Below are positions 12,445 through 24,602 of a stretch of 64,000 bases of DNA, in pieces. The stretch comes from Ostrea edulis. Lineage: Eukaryota. The first letter of the stretch is position 1. The number at the start of each line of letters is the position of its first letter. The position numbers and the translations under genes were made by a program. The DNA lies in the NCBI RefSeq assembly GCF_947568905.1, contig NC_079169.1, positions 51,708,001 to 51,772,000 of the forward strand, given 5' to 3'. The notes beneath the pieces were generated by a model. That model did no database searches. It was not told where the DNA came from and saw nothing but the letters and a program-made list of their open reading frames with translations.

Positions 12445-13849
12445 TTAATTATATGGTATATGGGAAGGAGTTAACTTTTGAAGTTACTTTTAAAGTGTCA
12501 TTAAAAAAAACATGCAATATATTTTCATTTCCGAATAAACAATAGAAAAGGCTTGTATATTAGGGCTGAGACGATTCACCGAAATATCGATACTTTTCAA
12601 TATAAACGCTCAATTCAATCTTTTCAGAGCTGTAAGCCAAGAATTTTACGACTGATTGATTAAAGATTTTAACATACATCTAGTCTACAAAATTGTCAAA
12701 CATAACAAAGCTGGATATCAGAGAGTGTCAGCAGCTTATGTCAAGTGAAGGATGGACTGTAATTCAATGTACTCTTCATAAATTGTTTTTTAACCCTTTA
12801 ACGTCCAGTGACGCCTTTTATGTGCCGACAGGATTAAATTGGGGGCGTTTTGTTAATAATTGGAATACAATGAAACAAATCATATTTTCTAAAAGTAGAG
12901 TAAAAACTAAACAATTTTTCTACTCAAAGAAAGTAAAACCATGTTCAGTGCTCCAATATCAATGACATGCAAGAATCATTTGAATGAATGATTTTGAAAT
13001 ACGTCCAAACATCTGTGAAATCTTCAGGAGGGACCTTCTTCCTCTACTTCCTCAACAAAGGATCAGCCCTGAATTTACTGGAGACCTCTAGATGGTCCAT
13101 AATGTTCATGCATTAACTAGAATGGTCCCCCTCCAACTTATTGCAAAGAAATTCAACATCTGATTCAACAGCTTTGGCCTTATGCAATTAATTAGGTTAA
13201 TTAAAGGCACTCTCTAAGATTAACACATTACATATATACAAATAAGCTAAATTTTAAAGTTATATCAGGAGGAGGGGAAGGTAAATGAATTGACAGTTGA
13301 AATTAAGTAGCTGACAAATGGTTTGTACAAACATCAGCTCTGTGTGAAACCATTGTGGTCAGCCCCAGCTGATAGGAAATGTGTCAGTTGGTGTAGCAGT
13401 TTTGACTCCAAGCTGATCATTTTAATATTTTAAGAAAACACTTCTTAAATCCTTTAATTCCATGGGTACTGTAGTAATTCTTGTCTATCAGTCAGTTCCT
13501 GGCCCTATAGGTAACATACAGGTGATATAGATAGTGTAACTTGGAACAATTATCTCCTTTACAAAAAAGTTATTAATAAACAATCCAGGAAATTTGCCCT
13601 ACAGTCATAAAAGATTTTTTTAAATTAATATAAAATGTATATGAACAAATATATGATAATAGACTTTTAAACAAGACTTCATAATGTCTAGAAGATTTTG
13701 ACGAAAGTCACTAAATGTCTTTAAAAAAGGCTATTAAAATGTACATGGAAATCTTTTACCACATGATTGAATAGTGTGCATGCAATACTGTGTTTTATAG
13801 ATAACTTTTTACAATGTTCAACTTTCATTTTGAAAATAATTTTCAGATT

Positions 13850-14526
13850 ATGGAGGAGTTCAAACTGGAGAATTGCCACGAGTTTGGCAGCTTTCCTGAG
13901 AAAGGAGGGGCTTTTAGTACCAGTACCCCGCTTGTCCACAGTAAACTCGACGACTCCCTCCCACCTCGGTCCCTTTCTAACTGTGTGTGGTCCCCTAATG
14001 ACAGTGGCTATGCAGACTCTATATGCAGCAGCAATACTAGTGATATTTGCCAAGTGACTTCAAACGATAGCTTTACACAATTCCGATTGCACAATTCGGA
14101 CCTAAGTCCAAGTCCCACTGCAGTTGCCCAGTCATCTGGGTCACTACAGACAGACAAGTATGTGCCCAGGTTTTCCCTGGGTGTACATCTTTTAGACTAT
14201 GAAATCCCTGAGGAGGAACATGTGTATGAGAAGTTTTCTCCAAATAAGAGCCCTATCCCTCACTACAGTCTGGAAGATGAGGACATGTGTACTGAAGATT
14301 CTTGGGCTTGCACTGCACCCTCCCCGACAAAGCAGACCATTTACTCAAACCTCACAGAGAGATTTAAGGCTGCGTTACATCAGTGCATGCCCACGGAGCC
14401 GGACCGGATGATTGGACGGAAGATGGGGCTGGATCAGGTTGACCTGGTCAGTGAATTGAGTGACCGTGGAATGATGATTATCATAGAGAGAATTGTCAGC
14501 TATCTCCAGTCTTCTGATATACGCAG
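13850..14526 (+). CDS. FBXO43: Emi1/Emi2-family APC/C inhibitor (F-box only protein 43/5), coding exon 1/4
   Basis: Acceptor tttcag|att then ATG 13850; encodes DSGYADS degron and IGRKMGLDQVDLVSEL F-box start; donor cgcag|gttagt. Symbol FBXO43 vs FBXO5 is tentative (degron type and POLR2K neighbour). Confidence 0.9.
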
Positions 14527-16526
14527 GTTAGTGTGCTCAAGTCATATTTACTCACATCTTTTTTTAATGTCTCCTTTAAAGTGCCAAAAATTTTGTCCTA
14601 AATGCATCTATGAGCAGACACCCAAAACAGATTCCGATAGTAATTGTTAGTAAAATGATATGATATGGTATGTTTGCGAGGAAAAGCAAAGTTTACTGCA
14701 CCTTTTGACCAGTTGGCAAAATACATATATACTAAAAGTTAAAATTTTCTTAATTCTGTTTAGGGGTTGTAATTTCTGGTAAAAGTTCATTTATTTTAAA
14801 TCATCACCAGTTCACCACAAATTAAACCTAACAATAAAAAACAAACAACTAAGTTGCTAATCTGATTAAAATTGCAAAGTTGCAATATAGACAGGCTCAG
14901 CAGAGAACTTGTAAGATTGAAATAAAGAAAATCTTTACAGTAACTACCGTATTCGATCTTTACTTTAGGGACCTGGGTACAGAACTATAGCTCTGCTGTC
15001 AGCTGGTAACAAAATTAAAAAATCTTTTAAGAGCATTAGATTTTAATGTCATTCAGTTTGACAATTGTGTTATGGGATCCATATTATAGGCAGATGATGG
15101 CCACAGATCATACTACATAGAATTTAACATTTATTATGCCAAAATAAAAATTTAGAAAATTGAACACCTGTTTTATGGTTTAAGTGGAAAATTTAAATGA
15201 ATAAAGTAAATCCCAATATTGCATCATTGCTGAAAAATATTTATACATGGATTACTAACCTAGGGGCTAGATCAATTTTCTTCATATTTATTTATTTATT
15301 TTTTTAATTTATTTAAAGTAAAAGGTGTAGATAAGATATTTTAAAAATGTATAAACTTTGCAAAAATAGTCGATTACTTTTGTTTTCCTAAATTCCATTG
15401 ATAGTATCCTACCCAATCAACATGTTGACAGTGGGCAGCAGTGTACCATATCAAACCTGATCTACACACAGATATTACTAACAATAATCCAATTTTTTTG
15501 GTATATTAATTATTTTACCAACAAATATTTCAAGGCACAATATAATTCTTAAAAGTTTACAAGACCAGATAACTAGGATAGAGATAGGGATGGTGGCTTA
15601 TATGACAAAGACTGGTACAGTTGAATTATAACGTGTTTTTTGAAACACAATGAATACTTATGATTCATTCAGACAATTTATTGGGGTTCTTATCATTAGA
15701 GTGATGCTTGCTTAAATATCCTGATATGATAGGGGATTAACATTTTCTGCTTTCACTTGATGTTGATAACTAGAATTCATCTGTCAATGTCTCTGTATTT
15801 ACATGTTTACAGAAGAATTCACAGTTCATTCACATCAGCTACCTGTCACAAAGATCATTGTTCTTTTTCTGGCTTTACTGCTAATCTGCAGGTATCACAA
15901 ACTATATTTATTTCTCTCAAATATTTGCTGGCTTTAGAAGATGACTTAATACCTGTACAAAAGCTGTTATTGTGGTGATGACATTGTGTTTCGATTACAA
16001 GCTTGGGTCTCTGTCATACTTGATCAGGCTTGAGTGGATTATCCCCTAGCAAGATTTTGATGCTTGGACTGATACTGGTCATTTTGTGACCTCACAAGTA
16101 CTGACCAAGCTACTGACACTGGACATGGTCATTATTATAGTACATGATTTGTTGTTCTGCTAATCCGGTCCCTAACACTTAACTGTAAATATACACCCCC
16201 AGGGTGTGAAACATACACCCAAGCCCAGTGGACTCTGATGGTCTAACAGTAAAGTCATGCCCTGTAGTGGTCCCACAGTGGTGCTAGATGTTGTGTTTTA
16301 CCTAACAATGATGACCTTGTCAATGCCAAATCAATATAAAGCTGCTGTCAAACTGCTGTAGATGTTACATCTAATGGTCCAATCACATCATCATGTCAGG
16401 CTGGGTATAAAAATGACTTCCATAAGGCAGAGTGCCTTCATTCACTTTGTAAATGTTTTAATAAGCAACAGCTGTCAGTCAGTAGTATATTTAACTACAG
16501 TCTCCCCTATTCTATCACTATTTCAG

Positions 16527-16623
16527 AATGTGTCGAGTCAGTAAGACATGGAGTTCTGTGTGTCGTAAATGGTCTATACAAAAACAGCAACGCAGAGCGC
16601 GGTCACTGAAACGCAAAGACAAG
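16527..16623 (+). CDS. FBXO43: Emi-family F-box protein, coding exon 2/4
   Basis: tttcag|A ATG TGT CGA GTC AGT AAG ACA TGG (RMCRVSKTW, end of F-box) ... GAC AAG|gtacat; phase 2 to 0. Confidence 0.9.
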
Positions 16624-16814
16624 GTACATAAAAATTTAAATACTAAGCAGATGTAATTCAGAATCTAAACGATTGAAATTTTGTACCAACAAATGTGTTT
16701 TTAGTTTTATATATATTATACATATGTACATTCAAACTGTAAGAATTGTACATGCATGTTCATCTTTGAATTATATGTATAGTGTGTTGCTAACTGTAGC
16801 TGGTGTTTTTTTAG

Positions 16815-16967
16815 GAGAATGCGAGTCTCAAGGTGGCGCCAGACCTGGATGCTGTTCAGCGTGGTCTAACTGTAGGGGAGCAGACCACCCTGGGAACTGT
16901 TCAGGCAGTACAAGATAGGGTTCCACTGCCCTGCTCTATAGGCACTCAGAGGGACCTCTTTGTACAG
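16815..16967 (+). CDS. FBXO43: Emi-family F-box protein, coding exon 3/4
   Basis: ttttag|GAG AAT ... GTA CAG|gtaagc; 153 nt, open, phase 0 to 0. Confidence 0.88.
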
Positions 16968-17172
16968 GTAAGCTTCTGATCAAAAAAGTCCATCAATAAC
17001 AAACTAGAGTTATTTCTATTTGCAGAGTATTGTTATAAAGAAAATCAAGTCTCTGATTTAAAAGTGTACTTTATTTTCTACATACTATATTCTTCAGTTT
17101 CTACACATTTTATATGTACATTGTACAACAATTTAAGTTAAAAGTAGTCATGAAATGATTATTTTATTTCAG

Positions 17173-17418
17173 ACTGCAGAGTCTCTAAAGAATGAGGAGA
17201 AATTGACCAAATGTCCAATGTGCCAACAAGCTGCCGTAGTGTACCCTGTGCAGGAGAGGGGCATGTGCCAATCAGACAAGTGTAGCTTTGACTACTGTGT
17301 AAAGTGCTTCCATCCATTCCACAGAAGTTTGCCTTGTGAATCGCTGACCGTCAGCAAACGAAGCAAAGAGTCCAAGATTGGCGGAAAGCACGGGAAGAAG
17401 TTTCTGAGGCGGTTATAG
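17173..17418 (+). CDS. FBXO43: Emi-family F-box protein, coding exon 4/4 (ZBR + RL tail)
   Basis: CPMC...C...CSFDYCVKCFHPFH...C zinc-binding region and terminal IGGKHGKKFLRRL*, hallmarks of Emi1/Emi2/Rca1. Joined CDS 1173 nt = 390 aa. Confidence 0.95.
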   Translation, partial: TAESLKNEEKLTKCPMCQQAAVVYPVQERGMCQSDKCSFDYCVKCFHPFHRSLPCESLTVSKRSKESKIGGKHGKKFLRRL

Positions 17419-17629
17419 CACTGGGAATACACCATGGTACACAGACTTAACAGGCATGAACCGTACTCCCAGGTCAGCTCGCAATTCACCGTGGCAGCCA
17501 GAGATCTGGTCATCTGTTCACTAGAGGCAGTCACAAGGTTGTCCCCAGGCACTGCATGGAAACACGGAGCTCCTCATCAAACTACGGAAAATCTAATTCC
17601 AGGAATCCACCAGACTGTCACAAAGAGAC

Positions 17630-17714
17630 ACCACCAAGTGTGTTCAAAGGCACCACCTTATGTGTTCAAAGGCACCACCTTATGTGTTCAAAGACACCAA
17701 GTGTGTTCAACACC
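17630..17714. repeat. 22-bp tandem repeat in the FBXO43 3'UTR
   Basis: tgtgttcaaaggcaccacctta, 3-4 copies. Confidence 0.8.
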
Positions 17715-18689
17715 TTCATATTTCCTTTTGACGTGTGTTCAGGAACAGGCTGTTTTATTGTTGCATGCTTGTTTTACATTTCTTATTTTTTAAAGATATT
17801 TTTTTATTTGTATTTTTGCATTTTACTGTTTGTTATAGTTAACATAAAATTACCGATTTTTATATTATATCTTTTAAACTAGTTCATTTTTATTTGTAGT
17901 CCATGAGAAATTTACTCAAGTTATTTACACATCAGTATCGGCACAACACTCAGTCCATGGATATAAAATCCAAATAATACTGGTAATATGCATGTACTGT
18001 TTACATAAAGATAAGAAAGACTTGATTTACCAAAGATAGAAATAATGTAATTACACTAAATGAAATTCTCCAGAGGACATTGTTCTGACACTATTTATAT
18101 CACAAAATGGTTGGTTAAATACTATCTTATGTAAATCAAAACGCTTTATACAAATCTATTGTGCGGTTGATCAAATGTTCAGATTATATTTTGAATAAAT
18201 AATATATATCTTTACAGATTTGTGTTTGAATTATAAATCATTCAAATCTTTCATTACCCTTCCTATCCTTTGGGTTTGTAGAGTTAACAATACCATATAA
18301 GCAGAGTTTTTAATGATAATTTGAGTTTGGCATTATTAGTCAGGGTGATGAGATCGTTATTGAATTTACTCCATATTGGAGGTAGTACTTATCTTTCTTC
18401 AATGGAATTATAAAGTCACTGAAATTAGCTCTCGCTAAATATATATAACTGGTGTCATGAGAAAAGGGCCCTTGTCTTTCGACATTACAATTCACAGAAA
18501 ACGACGTCAAATTTGTATAAACCCATTTTCATAGGGGAAATCGCTAAATTTGTGTCTTGCTAAAAAAAAAAATCCACTTTATGCAGTATTGCTGTTTCTG
18601 TCTGAGGTGAAAGGTTTTTCTAACAAGAAACCCATAGGCTACAATGTTTGCCAGACTTTATCTTAGATTTACAGAATAGTATGAGAGGA

Positions 18690-19116
18690 ATGGAGATATT
18701 CCACCATAGGGATAAGATTTTCAGTCCCCCATATAGAACTTTGTTCCCCTATTGTGGGCCCAAATCCCCCAGGGCCAATATTTGAACAAACCTATTTGAG
18801 GAAGCTTGAATATTGATATGAATAATCATGGCCCTGATGTTCTTGAAGATTTTAAAGATATATCCCATGTAAAACTTTGATCCCCACTGTGGTCCAACCC
18901 TAGCCCAGGGGTCATGATTTGAAGAATTATGAATCTCTTGAGAAGTAGATTCCACCATTTTTCAGTATTTCTTATTTATCTCCCCTTTGACAGAAGTGAG
19001 ACCCTTCATTTAATCAATTTTAAATCTTTACCCGAGGGTAGTTTGGTTGAAATTTACTGTGGTACGTTCTTTAGACAATGGTCAACAGATGCAAGACAGC
19101 GTCAGCTGAGCTAAAA
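18690..19116 (-). mobile_element. Degenerate Helentron-like element with a HindIII-satellite-type core
   Basis: cccctattgtgg...aacaaac..gaagctt monomers; terminal tgagctaaaa as at 58280. Confidence 0.6.
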
Positions 19117-20969
19117 ACATTCTTTAAAAAATCTCAAGAACCACAAGCCACGAATTAACAGTGATGATTTATATGCAACCATTTCAATGTATTTCAGATT
19201 TATATTTAATCAAATCAAGGGCCTTGGAGCTAAGTTATACAGGAAATTTTAAAACCATTCAATCTTTTTAGGAGTCACAGCACCACAATAAGATCGTGCA
19301 GCATTAACCAGCTAGATTGGAAATACATGTATACAGTGTGACAGTTGTCTGTTACAGTCAAAAACACTTGATGTCACAAATGAAAAGGGCCGGTACAATT
19401 CAGCGCAAACGATGGAAAACATTGGATTGAAATTGTAGTTTTTGAAATCGATTTCAATCCATTTTGCAAATACATATATCATAACAAATATAATGGGGAT
19501 TCGGTGCAAACGTAATGTCTATGATGTTTTTAAAATACTTGTAAAATTTAAGATTGTGTGTTTTCTATCCTCGAGCCTTAGCATACCATGGGATATTCTC
19601 AACATGTTATCCCCCCTTACCTGTTATTCATTTACATTGCTCAATATTGTTGGGAATTTTGCTGCCTGACATTTTGTAAACAAACTATGTAAAATTGATG
19701 TTTGTGACATCACAAACGGCGTAGGAAAACATGGTGTAATAATTAGAATTTATGGAATGGGTGATATCCACTGGATAAAGGATTAAACAGAAGAGCTTTA
19801 CATGTGATGAAGAATTGTATGTCACTTCACAAAAATATACCAGAGGTTTTAAGAGATCATTAAGACTGCGGAACATTATTTGGATGATTTGGGAAAATAC
19901 CGTGTTCGTGAAAGTACGGTCATAATATGGGGTCAACATTTTCTGTAGGAATAAAAAGGATATAAAAAATCTTTTAAAATCTACTGATGAACAGCAGGGC
20001 CAATGTGACTCTTTTGAGCATTATGGGCCTCTTTTGAGCATTTATATGGGCCTCGTTTATCCTGTAGCAGTGTAGTAAGTCAAATAATATTAAATGCTTG
20101 TTGGAAAAAATACAAAAGCATCACCTTTGCAATTATGTCTGAGACCTTATAATGTAATCTTTGAAAAAATTGGCACGTCACAATAAAATTGAACTTACAA
20201 GACTATGTTATATTAGAGCATCAACCTAATATAATTTTGGTTTCCCCAAGTTTAATATTTATGGGTCAGTAAATAGGGTAGTTGTAGGAAGAACAGTTTT
20301 AATGGAGTAATAATACATGTCTCCCTTTATAAAGCAGTGGACACTTTGTATACTATTTCATATGGTACATTTTTTAATAAAGTATATATTTTATGCCCCA
20401 GTAATCAAAGATTTGGGCATATAGGTTTTGGTCTGTCTGTTTGCTTAGCCAGAACTTCTGAATGGTTGATTATAGGGCTTTCATATTTTACCTGTGTATT
20501 CCTTATGACAAGCCCATTCTGTTGGTTCCAAAATATTTTACCTTGGGGGGGATGGGGGGGGGGGACTACAATTCTGAAAAACGTAAACCTTGGCCATATC
20601 TTTTGAATGATTGGCAATGGGGCTTTCATATTTGACATATATATTCCTTTTGACAATTACTTACGAAACAAAATTTTTGGCCTTGTGACCTCAAGAGTTT
20701 GACCTACTTTTGAAAAACTGTTCTTGACCAGAACTTTTGAATGGTTAGTGATAGGGCTTTCATATTTCACATGTGTATTCCTTGTGACAACACCTTACTT
20801 TTGTACCAAAATTAACCTTGGAGTTTAGCCATATTGGGACACAAGTGCTTTGCAAATTTACCTTGCTATTATTTATGATGATCTCGGCTACTAAATAATG
20901 GCTATCACAAGATGCCAGGGTATAAATAAAAATTTCAGCCTCCAATGTCTATCTCTGTTAGTAGTGGTA

Positions 20970-21450
20970 CTAAACATGAGGTACTGTGAGCAATGCTCAC
21001 TAAGAATACCCCCTGCTTACCCCAATCTCCCAAAAGGTGTTGTTAATAGGTATAAATGACCTTTTCCTGAGTGTAAAAAAGAAAAGGCATGACCAAACCT
21101 TGGGTAGTCTCTTCTCTAGGGAGAAATGGATAAAAGATGATACCATATTGCTACTTTGATGTCCAGTGCGCTTAACTTTTGACCCCAAATTCGATAGGGA
21201 ACATCTTCATCCCAAGGGTAGTCCATATGTATGATATGGCGACTGTAGGTGGAAGGGATAACGCTTTCGAGCCCGGAAACCATATTGCTATTTTGATGTC
21301 CAGTGCACTTGACCTTTTGACCCTAAATTAGAAAGGGAACATCTTCGTCCCATGGGTAGTCCATATGTATGTTGTGGTGACTGTAGATGGAAAGGATAAT
21401 GCTTTAGCGCCCGGAAACCATTGTTGCAGGGGGGGGGGGGGTATAATAAT
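20970..21450 (+). mobile_element. Non-autonomous element with ~137-bp internal tandem repeats
   Basis: ccatattgcta(c/t)tttgatgtccagtg...agcccggaaa twice in tandem, followed by a G-run. Confidence 0.55.
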
Positions 21451-22514
21451 GGCTATTACAAGATGCCGGGGCATCAGCAATAAATTGTACAATTCTAGAA
21501 TCGGCTTCCAATATCGTTTCCAAAAAATATTTTCCTAGTCATTTGACATTGAGACCACTATACCAGGTCACAATGGTAAATATTATGCTGTAGTACAAAT
21601 AGTGATACATCTGTCATGCTAAATATCAGAATCCAAGGTTGTTCTGAACAAAAATTTATAATTTGTCTTCATCCTTGAACTTTGTTAAATGAGTAACCTT
21701 GATTCCATGTAATAGTATACCATCTAGCCAAAGAAACTTCAGTATTAAATATGAACATCTAATACCTCTTCAAAGTTTAACAATTCCAATTTTCTAGTGA
21801 CCTTGACCTTAAATAATGGGCATGACATGACTTTTAACTACAAACCTAGTGACCTTGACCTTAAATAATGGGCATGACATGACTTTTCACTATAAACAAC
21901 CATTGTATCAAGTTCAGTCTTCAATGTCTCTCTATGACCAAGTTATTTAGCAAGATAAACTATCCTTAGTAACCTTGAGATCACTACAGTGTCACATGAA
22001 GGTCATGACAGTAAATGCCACATTTTTATGTGATATTGTATCTACATGTCAAATATCAATCTTGTGTGAAATTATAAGAAAGATATGACAAAGACAAAAT
22101 CTCATTGCTTCTGTCAAATATTTATTGTAAAAATAACAATAATTAATTAAAAGTTGCATTCTAATTAATTTTGATAAAAAAAGATGGAGGGTATTGTTGT
22201 TTTTCCTCCTGACAGATAGCACAGGAAAGACCTCAATTTTGCAATTCTGCTAGCATAAATACTGATCAAGAATCTCTGACATTGTATTCATAGTCATTCA
22301 ATCAAGGGAAAAATGCATTATTTCAAAAATCTTCATGATCTCCTATACACTAAAATATTGCACTAAATCTCAACATTTATTAAAGCCTATATCATCTATA
22401 AATCTAACTAGAACTGTCTTAACAGCACTAATAGCCCCGCAGGGCACACTGGATATTGGAAATGGTGAATTTGTGCTCATCATGCTTTAAATATACAAGT
22501 TCCTGGGAGACGCA

Positions 22515-22730
22515 GAGTTGGTCGGCCAATGCTATCTTGGAGAGAGTTGACGGAGAAAGATCGTAGAGAATGGAAGCTCTCAACTGCCGACCCTCAAGAC
22601 CGGAAAGAATGGAGATCTGAGGTGAGATCTGCCATGCGTGCAGCCAGCCAGATACCTGGAAGGGGGCCCACTAGTGTGGACACTACCCGTGATACTGCAC
22701 GGAAATAAAAAGGAACCGACAACAACATTA
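22515..22730 (+). mobile_element. 3' end of an RTE-like LINE ORF2
   Basis: Reads GRPMLSWRELTEKDRREWKLSTADPQDRKEWRSEVRSAMRAA...*, resembling RTE C-termini (GRP...W...KD...DR..WR). Confidence 0.65.
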
Positions 22731-23979
22731 TTGAAGATTACCCATATTTGAAATGATGAAGAACTAATGTAAATACAAGACAATATACTCTGCAGTAGAG
22801 TGTTACTATTTAAGATATGCTTATAACTTCTGAATATTATTTCATGGATAACTATTCAACATACAAGTACATGAGCGAGAGAATGACACATTTCATCATA
22901 TCCACAGATAGGCAGACAGACAAATACCCTCTCCTTAACTTATGCAGAAGTCTAGATGTGAGAGAACAGATCATTACAAAATCTACAAGAAAATGACTAC
23001 TTCCATAAAGTTGAAAAAACAACTGTAAAATGAAAATATTCCTAACTACATGTATTCCTAATTTCTTTGAATTTCAATAAAAATGACAGGTTTTCAACTT
23101 CATTACGTACATATTATAATACACAAAGCTTGAATCAAATCTGTTCATTGGTTTTTAAGATTTACTACGGACAATGACAACACTCTCTCAAAATGGAAAA
23201 ACTATCCATAACTTCATGAATATTAAAACATCTCAATCAAAATAGCAGGTGCACAACTTCATTATTCATATAAGATATACAAAGAGTTTTAATCAAATCG
23301 GTTCATTGGCCTCTGGGCAAATTATGTCTACACACAGACAGAACACGTGATTCCAGTAACAACAACCCCCCCAAAAAAATTTGTTTTCGGGGAGGATAAA
23401 AATATTTAAAAATTCATTTTATTTAAAATACATTAATATTTTTGTGTTTGAAAATTTTTTGACAACATTAAAAACAAATAATTTTTAGATTGTTCAACCA
23501 TCATTTTCTTTGAGTGATTTTTGTTTCATATGATACAGTAATATGCTTGAACTGACAACCAGACAAACTTCAGGAAAATATGAAAAGTTATCAGTTTAGT
23601 ATAATGACAAACACAACAAATTTGAGTACATACTGTATAAGAAACTTTCTCAAGCCTTTGTTCATCTGCAAGTAAAACATTTTGATATACATGTATATGC
23701 AATCACCTCACTCCAGCACACTTGAAACGACTGAAAAATCAACATAGCAGTCACTCCACCGATATCAGCTGTCCTGTAGCGAGACATGGGATATCTTGCT
23801 ATATCAGTTCATGTCACAGATTTCTGCTAGTGCCAGTCTATCGTACTGATGTGGGATATCTTATTTCGATATCAACTGATACCAGTCCACTGCAGCGAGA
23901 CATAGGATATCTTTATCTTAATCATGATGTCACAGATATCAGCCACTGTACCCAGACACATGATATCATCTTGTTGATA

Positions 23980-24167
23980 TCAGCTGATACCAGTCCACTG
24001 CAGTGAGATGTAGGATATCTTGTTATCTGGGCCTTCAGAACACAGTAAAACAGTCTTCCTCACGTTCGATCCCAGACGCCCCATACTCACTATGTCAAGA
24101 GCAGACATCTTTTTCTCATGAGGAATGCAGATGGCAATATAGTGAGAATGATATCTTGAAGGATCAC
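23980..24167 (-). CDS. TSEN34: tRNA-splicing endonuclease subunit Sen34, exon 6/6
   Basis: cttccag|GT GAT CCT: GDPSRYHSHY...GRLGSNVRKTVLLC...SLQWTGIS*; carries the catalytic His and Lys positions. Confidence 0.95.
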
Positions 24168-24602
24168 CTGGAAGTATATAGAACATAATATTTAATCGAT
24201 GTATCATTCTTAACGCCTGCTGATTTCCAAGCGTCAGATGCAGGCTATTTCTTCCCTGATTTACAGGTGTAGCGTCAGATGCAGGCTATTTCTTCCCTGA
24301 TTTACAGGTGTAGCGGAGTCAAGGATATGTCTCCGCTGAGGATCAGAACCCGGGACCTCAGGCACAACAGTCCAGTGCTCTACTGATCCAGCTAAAGGGT
24401 TAACCCACTAGTCAGAGCTAGTAGACAGGTCATGCATCTAACACTATTACATTGTCCCCCTTCAGAGAGAGAGGAGCACTATTCTCCAGAAGTGCCTGTG
24501 GAGCATAGTTCAGAGGGCAATCACTCTCATCCATCTGAGAGTACCTGGGTCCCAAAGTCAGCGCCAAATGTAACAGAGTAACATATATGTCTCAGCTGTC
24601 AA

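Larger units (their letters stand above)
8520..13640 (+). repeat. Three diverged copies of a ~0.7-0.9 kb module (about 8520-9360, 9800-10690, 12975-13640)
   Basis: Shared blocks ATG(G/A)ATGAT..CT(C/G)TGAAATCTTCAG, GCTGATA(A/G)GAAA, ACTTC(A/T)T, CAGTAATT / TAGTAATT, GCCC..AG|GTAA and AACAATTA(A/T)CTCCTTT in the same order. Confidence 0.8.

Noticed and set aside
12982-13168. C/D-box snoRNA (TGAATGA ... CTGA with a ttgaa/ttcaa stem)
   Set aside because: Non-canonical C box, long (~180 nt), and the stem and D box are not kept in the other two module copies.
17434-17882. 119-aa and 108-aa ORFs after the Emi stop
   Set aside because: 3'UTR containing a 22-bp repeat; no recognisable motif or splice support.
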